From: a virus
Lineage: Duplodnaviria > Caudoviricetes
Virus record (IMG/VR): IMGVR_UViG_3300025832_000011
Location: 1-55,028 of that record
Direction: 5' to 3' (one strand)
Length of the DNA: 55,028 nt
The translations under genes and the position numbers were made by a program. The notes below the pieces were generated by a model. It did no database searches, was not told the DNA's origin, and saw only the letters and a program-made list of their open reading frames with translations. Below, in pieces: positions 16,574-25,561 of this stretch. The number at the start of each line of letters is the position of its first letter. Position 1 is the stretch's first letter.

Positions 16574-18604
16574 CTATGGGAAAGTCAGGGTTGCGACATA
16601 CTCGTTGTTGCCGTCATAGTCCCCTGTCGTGATGTTGAACACCCCGGCGTCCACCCAAGCCAAGCCGTTGTGGTACTGGATAGCAAAGTCCAAAGGCTCG
16701 TAGGTGTCCTCGGTCTTGATCATCACTTCCACAATGGACCGGGCCGTGAAGAACTCGTAGGCGAGCCATGTGTTTGAGCCGGGGGACATGGGGGCGCACC
16801 GCCAACCATTCACATCGAACTGCCCACCGAACGCGCCTGTTGAAGGGTAGTCGACGGTGATGGTCTTAGCGGTGGACTCGCCATTGGGGGTAGATGGGTT
16901 GAGGTCTGCCGTCTGGCCGCCACCCGCGCTCGTCCTCAGTTCCAGTTCAATGATCCCGACTTGCCCAGAGGCAGGCACGTTGGTCACAAGGATGCGCCAA
17001 TCGGTAGCTGACGGGGTGGGTGATGCTGCGCCGGGGACGGCAAAAATCTGCGCGTCTTGGGTCCACGCTGACGCCTCGCCGGACCAAGCGGTTGTCCATG
17101 TCGTACCATCCTCTGACCCCTGCATCGCAAAGGTCAAAGGTGCTCGTGCTGCATTGACCCCGGCAGGGGGTCTGATCCAGACCTCGTTGATAGCGATCTC
17201 GCCGTCCACGCCGTAGTCTTGGCCGAGCCATGTGTCTTCAGCAACGTCACGGTCGATCAACCAACTGCTGAAGGCGTCCGAGTCGTTGAAGGCACTGGTC
17301 GCAGCGAGATCGGGGGTCCCCCCGAAGATCGTCTGACCCGAGGTTGTGGTATCCGCCCCACCAACAGTGGCTCGGAACTCAATGCCTGAAATGCTGAAGA
17401 ACCCGGCGTCCGCGCCTGTGAGACAGAGAAGCCGCCAGTAGCGGTATTCCGATACCGCCCCACCCTCGCCCGATTGGAACCAGATAGCAGCTAGGCCGCC
17501 TTCGCCCACGACGCCCCCACCAGCCGTGTCGATCAGAAGATCGTCCCCGGCCAGCACAGGCAACGCAAAGGCCGCTTGGGTCTTGACGGCGACGTTCGCC
17601 AGAATAGTCTCCTTCACGCCGCCGCTGACCGTGATGTCCACATCCACGCCGCCAGATTCGAAGTGAGACGAGACGTGCGTGATCGCCGCGTCGTTGACCA
17701 TGACCGTGGGGCCGTAGTCGAAGGGGCCTGCTGCGTTAATGTCGTTGTCCTCTGTGAGCAACACCCAATTGTTGCCAATCGTCGGGGTGCCAATCGTGAA
17801 CTCGATAGCGCCGACCGAGTTGCCGTTCGCATTGTCCCCGTCTGCGCCCGTGAGGTACACGTTCTGCCCTGCCGTGACTGCGTGAGCCAAGCCTGTGAAG
17901 TTGACCTTCTGAACGCCGATCCCAAGGGTTTCTGTTTGCACGACCGCGCCGTTGACCCACAGCTTAACGGTGTGCTGGGTCGTCGTGGCCGGGGCGTCCG
18001 TATAGTATGAGAACCCCGTCACCACCACATCTTCAGGCAGGACCAGAGGCTCGTTGCCATTCTTCTCTCCGAGAGACAGGATACGATCAGACGTGCTGAT
18101 AAAACGGTTCGAGACGCGGACTTGGAACACGCCAGCGGTGTCCACCTCGTCACGGAACAAGAGGGTCATGCCGATGCTGTTGGAGAAGTTGTTGCCGGAA
18201 CCTTCGTAGCGCAGTTCGATCCAATCACCAGCAGACACAGCCACTTCCAGACCTGTGAGGGTTTCAACACCCTCGTACCCTACCAGTTCGTTGAACAGTT
18301 CGGTGTAGGTGCCATTGATCGAGTACCCACACCCGAAGGTGCCACGGAGACCTCCGACACGGGTCTCGAAGAAGGTCGCTCCCCGGATCACAGAGTCGAA
18401 CGGCATGTAGAAGGAAGCCCCTGTGAAGGAGTCGTTGGGTCCAGACGCCATGTGCCCGGAAGCGTTCGCGTCCTCGACGGCACCAGCCGCAAGGAAGACC
18501 GTAGGCACAGGCCCGCCACCCCCACCGCCGGGGTCTGTGCCCCCAGCAGCAGCGCCGTTCTGCGCGACCGAGGCTAGGTAGGATTCATACCAAGGTCCGG
18601 TCAT
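16574..18604 (-). CDS. Modular tail fibre / receptor-binding protein
   Basis: ATG 18604 (ATGA overlap); three repeated beta modules then two discoidin/F5/8-like modules (YRYWRL..., ATDWRI...). Confidence 0.75.
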   Translation of the reverse strand: MTGPWYESYLASVAQNGAAAGGTDPGGGGGGPVPTVFLAAGAVEDANASGHMASGPNDSFTGASFYMPFDSVIRGATFFETRVGGLRGTFGCGYSINGTYTELFNELVGYEGVETLTGLEVAVSAGDWIELRYEGSGNNFSNSIGMTLLFRDEVDTAGVFQVRVSNRFISTSDRILSLGEKNGNEPLVLPEDVVVTGFSYYTDAPATTTQHTVKLWVNGAVVQTETLGIGVQKVNFTGLAHAVTAGQNVYLTGADGDNANGNSVGAIEFTIGTPTIGNNWVLLTEDNDINAAGPFDYGPTVMVNDAAITHVSSHFESGGVDVDITVSGGVKETILANVAVKTQAAFALPVLAGDDLLIDTAGGGVVGEGGLAAIWFQSGEGGAVSEYRYWRLLCLTGADAGFFSISGIEFRATVGGADTTTSGQTIFGGTPDLAATSAFNDSDAFSSWLIDRDVAEDTWLGQDYGVDGEIAINEVWIRPPAGVNAARAPLTFAMQGSEDGTTWTTAWSGEASAWTQDAQIFAVPGAASPTPSATDWRILVTNVPASGQVGIIELELRTSAGGGQTADLNPSTPNGESTAKTITVDYPSTGAFGGQFDVNGWRCAPMSPGSNTWLAYEFFTARSIVEVMIKTEDTYEPLDFAIQYHNGLAWVDAGVFNITTGDYDGNNEYVATLTFP

Positions 18605-19269
18605 GCTGGGTCGTCCAGAGCACCGATCAGGTAGTAGTCGTCCGATGCTACGGGGATCAAGGTGACAGAAGCATTGGCTGCCGAGGTTGTCAGGACATCG
18701 CCTGCCGACCGGATCGTGACGCCTGCGCCTGCTGCAATGGTGAGAACGCCACCAGACCTGTTGATGATCGTGACAGGCTCGGTGCCCGTGATGCCGCTGT
18801 TGAGCGTGATCGTGGACGTGCCCGTGGAAGAGTGCTGGGTCAGGATTACGTTGCCTGCGAAGTGTGCGTCGGTCAGCGTATTGGATGCCGTCAAGAACTG
18901 CGATACCGCGATCCCTGCGGCTGCTGCGCCAGTAGAGAACGCGACCCAATCCGTGCCGTCGAACTGAACGAACTCGGTGTCTGCGATAACGTAGAACAAC
19001 CACCCCTCAAGGGGGGTGATGACAACCCATGCTCCGTTATCCCGGAAGATGATGTCGCCGGGATTGCCGAGGCCCCAGATGCCCGAAGCGATGTAGACAT
19101 CGCCATCGGTGGGAACCCCCGGCTCTGTCGCCACGACCGAGATTGCCCGCCCCTGAAGGAGCACGGAGATTTTGCGGAGATTGGCGTCCATGGCATCTTT
19201 CCATGTATTGTCGCCAAGGTCCCAATAGCCTGTGAGGCCGAGGCCCGGAAGAGTGCGTTCGCCTGCCAT
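18601..19269 (-). CDS. DUF2793-type tail fibre adaptor protein
   Basis: MDANLRKIS, P..PTDGDVYI, AWVVITPLEGWLFYV...FDGTDW. Confidence 0.8.
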   Translation of the reverse strand: MAGERTLPGLGLTGYWDLGDNTWKDAMDANLRKISVLLQGRAISVVATEPGVPTDGDVYIASGIWGLGNPGDIIFRDNGAWVVITPLEGWLFYVIADTEFVQFDGTDWVAFSTGAAAAGIAVSQFLTASNTLTDAHFAGNVILTQHSSTGTSTITLNSGITGTEPVTIINRSGGVLTIAAGAGVTIRSAGDVLTTSAANASVTLIPVASDDYYLIGALDDPA

Positions 19270-19281
19270 GGTCTGTCTCCC

Positions 19282-19566
19282 TTACGCCGGAGCCGTGCCG
19301 GGAGCGACCGCGATGACGCGATTGTTCTCAGACTGCCGAGACTTCACGAAGATCGAATCTCCTTCTTCCATCACCAGCACGGACATCTCGGTCAGGCCGG
19401 GATCGTTGAGCATGACGCCTTCGTCACTGCCTACCAGCGGGGCACTCTGCCCTACGTGGACCAGAACCGGACCTGCGTCTTTCAACTGCACGAAGCCCGT
19501 GGTCTGGCCAGTAACGACCGTAGTCCACGCTGTTTCGTCCACGGTAAATTCTTTGGTGTAACTCAT
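19282..19566 (-). CDS. Small virion-associated beta protein
   Basis: 94 aa, AAAGGA RBS, position in tail fibre cluster. Confidence 0.7.
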   Translation of the reverse strand: MSYTKEFTVDETAWTTVVTGQTTGFVQLKDAGPVLVHVGQSAPLVGSDEGVMLNDPGLTEMSVLVMEEGDSIFVKSRQSENNRVIAVAPGTAPA

Positions 19567-19591
19567 GGGATGTTCCTTTGCTTTCTAGGTT

Positions 19592-19620
19592 AAAGTACCC
19601 GAGTTGCCTCGGTTGCGCAA
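19592..19620 (-). promoter_or_regulatory. Internal sigma70-like promoter overlapping a GCAA-loop hairpin
   Basis: TTGCGC-N17-TACTTT; spacer contains CCGAG-GCAA-CTCGG. Confidence 0.5.
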
Positions 19621-22600
19621 TTACGGTGTAGCACGGACCCCACCATAGGCGATGCCGTAGCTGTTGCCCCAGCCGATCTCTGCTGGCTCCACTTCGAAGT
19701 ACCTGCGCGGACCCATGATGGACTCGATGCCGTCACGGACTGCGATGAACTCGATGAACCCCGTTCCCGAAGGAGGCAGGAGGCTTACCGCTATGGTGTG
19801 GGTCTCCCCGGTCAGGTCTTCAATCGTGTCGAACACGGACCCGTCATCGTTGAGGATTTTGAGCGTGGTGGTCTGGCCCACTTCGACTGCCACAGAGTCG
19901 CTATCCCAGCGCAGAGATACGGTGTCCTCTGTCGTCCGGTTGCGGTTTTTCCACGTCGCTACGATCTCTGTTGGGAACGGCTCTTCCAAGGCAATCAGAG
20001 GCTCGAAGCCCAGACCGTCTAGCTGCGCGTCGGCAGGCCGGAACGGCGCATGGGGCCGCTCGGATACCTCAATGGTCAGAGGCGTTGATTGGCTGCGCGG
20101 CAGGACGCCTGAGCCTGTGACAGGCAGCAGGTAATAGGTCATCTCTTCGGATGCGCTGCGCGCCACCGGATCGAGGTTCGATTCGGTCAGGTCGAAGGAC
20201 CACAACCGCGTGCCCGCAGGCCAAGCCCGAGGCACCGTGTCCCACATGCCGCGTGCTACCGTCCAGAAGCCGCCTGTGAGAGACACGAGCATCACCAGTT
20301 CGGATAACTCTTCGGTCGTCCCCAACATGAAGAAGTCGCCGGGTCCTGATCCTGTCCTGCCGATCCCTGAGATGATACCCTCGGGTACTTGGGTGTACGC
20401 TTCCGCGACCCAAGGTGAACTCGTGCGACCAGAGACGCTAACCGAGATGTCCGCGATCTTCTCCGTGCTTGTCGATCCGGTTGGGTTGACTTCCGTAGCC
20501 TGTACCTGAATCTTCGTCGGCCTATCGTCGTCGTCGTCCCCCAGCAGGGCGATGGCCACGTTAGGATACCGATCATCCACGTCAGCCACAGAGTACCCAC
20601 CGCGCAGGATCACGGGCATAGGGACGGCGACCGCAGCCTGCGCTTCAAGGGGCGTGGGAGTGCCGAAGTTGTTGCCGTTGCGCGCCCACTCTGTTGTCTG
20701 AGGTGCGGAATACTTGGCCTGACCGATGGAGAAGATGTCCTCGGATACCTTCAGCATGATCTTACGGTCATTGGGCTTGCCGTAATCTACGGCCATGATA
20801 CGCACCACGATCTGGTCGATCCCATCCTCGGGCCACGAGAAGACTGCTATGTCACCGGGGCGTGCAAGCCACAGACGGCGATCCACTTCGATCTCACAAG
20901 AGAAGAGAGGGTAGCCTGCTTCGGCCACATCCCGTTCAGCCACATACTGCGCGATGTTAGGGTTGCGGAAGCCGTGGTAGTCGCGGGTTTCGGAAGAGAT
21001 ACCCCCTTGAATTTGGATGTTGGCGTTGTTGTGGGCTGATACCGTGGCTGACTTCTCTGTGCGAGGGTCCGTGTAGCTGACCACGATCTCGTTGATCGTC
21101 TCGCCCCAGAGCCTACGCTTACGGTTGGTGGCCTTGCAGTTCGTCTCGTCCAACACGAAGGCATCGTTCAGATCATAGTCATCACGCAACAGCTTCATGG
21201 TCCACAGACCTGTCTCGGGGTCTTGGAAGAAGAACGCCTGAACGTGATCCAGAATCTCGCCGATGAAGTCTTCGATGGTCGCCTGATTAAACCAGCCGAT
21301 GGAGATACCCATGCGCTCGTTGAAGATGACTTCGGCGCACGCTTCGAGAGATGGTAGGTCGATCAGGCTCGGGGACTCACCCTTCCCCCAATCTTTGTTG
21401 GTCATCGCCTCGTAGATGATGTTGGCCGCGTTCGCGTCGGGGAGCGGGCCGAGTTCCTGATCGGGCGTACACCATACGGGGTCGTAGGTTTCTCCGTCAG
21501 CCACAAGAATTTTAAGGCCAGAGAACTGGAACGTAACGGAAAGCCCAACGCGACCGACATACCCACCTTGGACTTGCAGGAACCGCGTACCGGGTTTGAT
21601 CAGAGTCGATGTGGTTTCAATCGTACCGATGCTGCTCCCGATGTCGAACTCTACGGGCACAGGGCCGAAGGTATCCTCGGGGGTTCCTGTGACCTGAGCG
21701 TCATAGTAATTTACTGGCTCGACCGCGTGGTAGTACCCGAAGAGGAATGTCTCGACCGGAATGTCGTTCTCCAAAGCAGCGATACGTTGGGTGTCATCGC
21801 TCAAGATGTTCAGTGCCGCCCACCGGGCCAGACCCCCGTCAATCTGCTCTTCGGTCAGACCGATGCCGAGAAGGTCTACGACCGTACCGAGCCGGAAAGG
21901 AGGAACTTGCGGATTGTCTATGCCCGCCGCATAGATCGTCCGGTACTCGTCAGCCGAAGGGGTCGTCACCGGGGTCGCATCGTCTATCCCTGTGAAAGTT
22001 TGGTCGATAGCGAGGATGAACTCACCGACCGAATTGACACGGTAGGTATCGACCGCGTTGTAGCTGGTCATAATCTGGATGTACCGAGTGCCCACGGGTG
22101 CCGTGATGCTGCTGACCGTGTTGGACACAGCCCCCGAGAACCCTGCGGTCACAACCTCGTCCAAAGCGAAGGTCTGGCTCGTATACGCCAGCGCCTCTTC
22201 TCCGATCACAGGGGCCGTCTCCCCTGCCGTCTGGTCCCATACCGTAGGGACATCCGCATAGAACCTAATCTGCGTCTCTGCCAAGGCCGTGACGCCCGAG
22301 GTCCATGACCGCAAACGCACGTCCCAATTGACCCGCAGCAGAACCTCTCCCGCGTCGATCTGTTCTTGGGTTGCCCCCTGTTCGATCATGTCGATGATGG
22401 TGCCCGGCGTGGTCAGGTCAACCCCCGGCCCGTTGTCGTCTCGGATGATACTGAGCGACTGAGGGGTCAGGTCCTTTACCGCATCTCCTACCGTTCCGAA
22501 CTCTGACCCGAGGGGCCAGATGGCTTTGTAGGCCGGGTTCGGCATAGTCGGCAGCCGAGTCACGTTAGCCTTCAGGGACGGCATATAAGGGTTGTTAGAC

Positions 22601-23070
22601 CCCCACTTCCATCCGAGCGTGTTGGAGGTCTTCAGACCGTCCAAGTTGCCCGTGATGATGGCTTTTAGAAGGGTGAAAAAGAGGTTCAACCCGTCACCGT
22701 ACTGGTCGTCAACCGTTTGCGATGCTTCTTGAGTCCGAAAGCCTCGGAAGAACAAGTGGCTCAGGCCCCGGTAGCCCGGCATCTCCAAGACGGTGCGACC
22801 GTCACGGGAGGACAACTCGGAAGAGGAAAACTGATCGTCCGTCCCCATGTAGACTTCGAGCGTGCCGCCCACGCCACCTTCAGCAGTGTCTCCACCGAAC
22901 AATTCAGGCAGCCAAATTTCGATGTCTTTGCGGCGGTCCACGCGGTCACAGAGAATCGGCTTGTCTTTGATCCAGACCATGTTGAGGTGGTCAATGGGGC
23001 CGTGGCAGAGGCCGTAGTCCAAGGACATGAGGAAGTCATAGACCTTTTGCTTCTGGCTCTTACTTCCCAT
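19621..23070 (-). CDS. Tail tip / central tail (GTA-like hub) protein with inserted duplicated domain
   Basis: GLCHGPID, LFGG..EGGVGG, PGYRGL, DANAANIIYE..TN.DWG, LLRDDY, RPGD, VARGMWDT, PFRP; ATG 23070. Confidence 0.85.
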   Translation of the reverse strand: MGSKSQKQKVYDFLMSLDYGLCHGPIDHLNMVWIKDKPILCDRVDRRKDIEIWLPELFGGDTAEGGVGGTLEVYMGTDDQFSSSELSSRDGRTVLEMPGYRGLSHLFFRGFRTQEASQTVDDQYGDGLNLFFTLLKAIITGNLDGLKTSNTLGWKWGSNNPYMPSLKANVTRLPTMPNPAYKAIWPLGSEFGTVGDAVKDLTPQSLSIIRDDNGPGVDLTTPGTIIDMIEQGATQEQIDAGEVLLRVNWDVRLRSWTSGVTALAETQIRFYADVPTVWDQTAGETAPVIGEEALAYTSQTFALDEVVTAGFSGAVSNTVSSITAPVGTRYIQIMTSYNAVDTYRVNSVGEFILAIDQTFTGIDDATPVTTPSADEYRTIYAAGIDNPQVPPFRLGTVVDLLGIGLTEEQIDGGLARWAALNILSDDTQRIAALENDIPVETFLFGYYHAVEPVNYYDAQVTGTPEDTFGPVPVEFDIGSSIGTIETTSTLIKPGTRFLQVQGGYVGRVGLSVTFQFSGLKILVADGETYDPVWCTPDQELGPLPDANAANIIYEAMTNKDWGKGESPSLIDLPSLEACAEVIFNERMGISIGWFNQATIEDFIGEILDHVQAFFFQDPETGLWTMKLLRDDYDLNDAFVLDETNCKATNRKRRLWGETINEIVVSYTDPRTEKSATVSAHNNANIQIQGGISSETRDYHGFRNPNIAQYVAERDVAEAGYPLFSCEIEVDRRLWLARPGDIAVFSWPEDGIDQIVVRIMAVDYGKPNDRKIMLKVSEDIFSIGQAKYSAPQTTEWARNGNNFGTPTPLEAQAAVAVPMPVILRGGYSVADVDDRYPNVAIALLGDDDDDRPTKIQVQATEVNPTGSTSTEKIADISVSVSGRTSSPWVAEAYTQVPEGIISGIGRTGSGPGDFFMLGTTEELSELVMLVSLTGGFWTVARGMWDTVPRAWPAGTRLWSFDLTESNLDPVARSASEEMTYYLLPVTGSGVLPRSQSTPLTIEVSERPHAPFRPADAQLDGLGFEPLIALEEPFPTEIVATWKNRNRTTEDTVSLRWDSDSVAVEVGQTTTLKILNDDGSVFDTIEDLTGETHTIAVSLLPPSGTGFIEFIAVRDGIESIMGPRRYFEVEPAEIGWGNSYGIAYGGVRATP

Positions 23071-23269
23071 CTCGTTCGATCCTCTTTCTGGCGATACCAA
23101 CGGCGCGCATTACATTGGCGTCTGGCAGGTTCTCTACTTCAGAGAGAGGGATACCAACTTTGACCAACAAACGGAAGTTGATGTTGTAAGTCTCGCACGC
23201 TTTCTTGACGCCGGGGTGGATGCAGAACCCCGCGTCCCGGCAGTCTTGGATTGTCAGTTTGTCGGTCAT
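23060..23269 (-). CDS. Chi-like small tail assembly protein
   Basis: DCRDAGFC..GVK...GIP pattern; conserved position. Confidence 0.75.
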   Translation of the reverse strand: MTDKLTIQDCRDAGFCIHPGVKKACETYNINFRLLVKVGIPLSEVENLPDANVMRAVGIARKRIERDGK

Positions 23270-23511
23270 TTCTTACCACCAGTTCTCACCGTCCGTTCGA
23301 TCATCTCCTTGTCGAAGAAGCCGATCAGGTTGGGGCTTTCTAGTGTGATGCTGCCGAACACCACAGGGATAGGTTTGCCCGCTTCTGCCGTAGGGTCTTC
23401 CTGTTCCTGCATCGCCTCGGGCTTCTGCTGCTTCGGCTTGGGCATGAGCATATAGCCCACAATGCTCAGGCCAACGCCGATCACGAGTTGAAGGAGGAAT
23501 GGAATAGGCAT
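23266..23511 (-). CDS. Small tail assembly protein
   Basis: Hydrophobic N-terminus; PTAEAGKPIPVVFG. Confidence 0.8.
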   Translation of the reverse strand: MPIPFLLQLVIGVGLSIVGYMLMPKPKQQKPEAMQEQEDPTAEAGKPIPVVFGSITLESPNLIGFFDKEMIERTVRTGGKK

Positions 23512-23520
23512 GGTGCGTCC

Positions 23521-24375
23521 TTATGTGTGGTTGTTCTTCCCTACTGGATTGACCAGTGGAATCAAATGGTGTCCGCCGTAGTTTACCGCATTGTTGTGGA
23601 CATCCCGGCAGCCTGCAAGGTTATGGGGGCAACCCAGATACACATCCACAGCCCCACCGTCCGTGAAGTCGTGCAGCGCAGCGTTGGTCGTGACCACAGT
23701 GTCCGAGACGATGGTATGTATCGTCCGATACTCTCTGCCGTTGACCGAGTCCCACTCGATCAAGCCACCAATGTAGTTGGCCGTATCGTTGGACCCGTTC
23801 CAGCCTGCGGAGAGCGTCACCACGTTGCCTACTGCGGTCGCAGTGGCCGAGGACTCAGCGGCAGCCTTGTCGGCCCCACAGCGCGTGCCATAGAGAGCCA
23901 GAGGGCACGGCCACTGGAAGTGCTGACGCAGACCTACGCGCTTCATGCCTGCTTGTGCGTTGTTGCATGTCAGGATCGAAGATGGGCCGTTCCTGCGGCT
24001 CTCCAATACGGAGCCTGTCCAGACCACGGGAAACATAGAGCCTGTCTCGAAGCCTACCGGATCGTCGGGGTTGGGGAGGTGCCCCTGCCGGATGATCAAC
24101 GTGACCACTCGACCGGGAGGAAAGATGCGGAACAGTTCGGCGATCTCGCAGTTCAACGGAACCTTGACCGACATATCCAGACCTTCCCCGCGCCCTTCGG
24201 TCTTCACGTTGTCGCGTTCAATGGCGATAGGTTCATAGATGACCCCATCGTACCCGAAAGACTGTTCTGCATTGGTGTAAGACACGATCCGGCCAGCGTT
24301 GTCGCCGTACTGGAACAGGTACAGTTCAATGGGCTGCCCCCGGTCCACACTGGTTTCATAGTCGTTGATCGACAT
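23521..24375 (-). CDS. DUF2163 / BR0599-family baseplate-hub protein
   Basis: PIELYLF, CPLALYGTRCG, GCPHNLAGC...NYGG. Confidence 0.85.
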   Translation of the reverse strand: MSINDYETSVDRGQPIELYLFQYGDNAGRIVSYTNAEQSFGYDGVIYEPIAIERDNVKTEGRGEGLDMSVKVPLNCEIAELFRIFPPGRVVTLIIRQGHLPNPDDPVGFETGSMFPVVWTGSVLESRRNGPSSILTCNNAQAGMKRVGLRQHFQWPCPLALYGTRCGADKAAAESSATATAVGNVVTLSAGWNGSNDTANYIGGLIEWDSVNGREYRTIHTIVSDTVVTTNAALHDFTDGGAVDVYLGCPHNLAGCRDVHNNAVNYGGHHLIPLVNPVGKNNHT

Positions 24376-24376
24376 A

Positions 24377-25561
24377 TTAGACTTCCGGTTCTGGTGCGTA
24401 AATGGTCTTGATGGCCATGGTGATCTCGCAGGCTGCCATTGTCAACCATTGGGCCTCTATGGTGTCTGCGTTGAAGCGGCAATAGGGGAGCCAATAAATC
24501 TTGGTCGCCTCTGTCACCGGGTTAATCCAAGCGTCCGTGAAGGTGAGGTCTGAGTCCGTGGTGCCTCCGATAGCCGTCAGCCTATTGGCTTGGTGCGTGC
24601 CGTCATCCCAGACCGCGACCATGGCCACGTAGACCGGACTGCCCCCATAGACCGTGCGGAAGTCAGACCCATCCACTCGGAACGTATTGGCCCCAGCGAT
24701 GGTGGTCTCCGATGGCGTGAACTCCCGTGACCAGATGGGGGACCAGAAGCCGTTGCGACGGCCCCTCATGCGCAGGAAGAAGTCGATGATGGCGTGGGCC
24801 TCGGTAGGCCGGAGACCGCTGAAGAGATACTGCGCCATGTAGTGCGGAGCCAGACCGTAAGGCAGGATGAAGTCCCGCCCGATGCCCACATCCAGCTTGT
24901 CGCGGTTCTGCATGAAGTTGATCTCCGGCTGACTGCGCCAGTTGGGCTTCCGCATGAACAGTTCGCGCCCCTCGAACGTCTCGCCGGGGGTGGCGTCGAA
25001 CGTCTCGACCTGCCGACCGGGGATCACCTCGAAGCGGTTGTTGGCTGTCCAGATAGTCTCGGTAGACGCGCTCACCGTGAACGTCTCGGGGAACCTCACG
25101 GGGAGGGCCTTGTGGATCACGGTGCCTGCTGGGTACGCGGTAGATATAGCCTCTTCGACCGTGGCTGTCGTGGCCGTAGTGGCCGAGATCGTCAGCAGGT
25201 CTTCATGCGTGGCCGTGGTGGCGATGATGATCCCGCCTTCCACCATCCAATCGGGTGTCGCCTCGAACGTGAGCGTGTTGCCGGAGGCCGCAGCGACCGA
25301 GGTCTGGGTGCCGAGCCACTCAGCCCGGCAGGCGATCTCTGCGCCGTGCCCAGAGGTCAAGTCAGCCCGGAGCCGTGTGATGTGATCCCGCGTCATGAGA
25401 GTCGCCATGGTGGTGGCCTGCCGTGCGGTCTGGCGCATAGCCTCTCGCTGCTCGTGGCCGTCGCGGGACTCGATGATGCTTGTCTTGAAGCTGTACTCGG
25501 ACACAACCGGATTGTTCCAGTTGGCCCGAGGGGAGAAGATCGGCGCGTTGCGTGTCAGCAT
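24377..25561 (-). CDS. Distal tail protein
   Basis: After tape measure; NW..PV..EY.FKTSII.SRDG.EQR, FF.RMRGR...FW.P. Confidence 0.75.
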   Translation of the reverse strand: MLTRNAPIFSPRANWNNPVVSEYSFKTSIIESRDGHEQREAMRQTARQATTMATLMTRDHITRLRADLTSGHGAEIACRAEWLGTQTSVAAASGNTLTFEATPDWMVEGGIIIATTATHEDLLTISATTATTATVEEAISTAYPAGTVIHKALPVRFPETFTVSASTETIWTANNRFEVIPGRQVETFDATPGETFEGRELFMRKPNWRSQPEINFMQNRDKLDVGIGRDFILPYGLAPHYMAQYLFSGLRPTEAHAIIDFFLRMRGRRNGFWSPIWSREFTPSETTIAGANTFRVDGSDFRTVYGGSPVYVAMVAVWDDGTHQANRLTAIGGTTDSDLTFTDAWINPVTEATKIYWLPYCRFNADTIEAQWLTMAACEITMAIKTIYAPEPEV

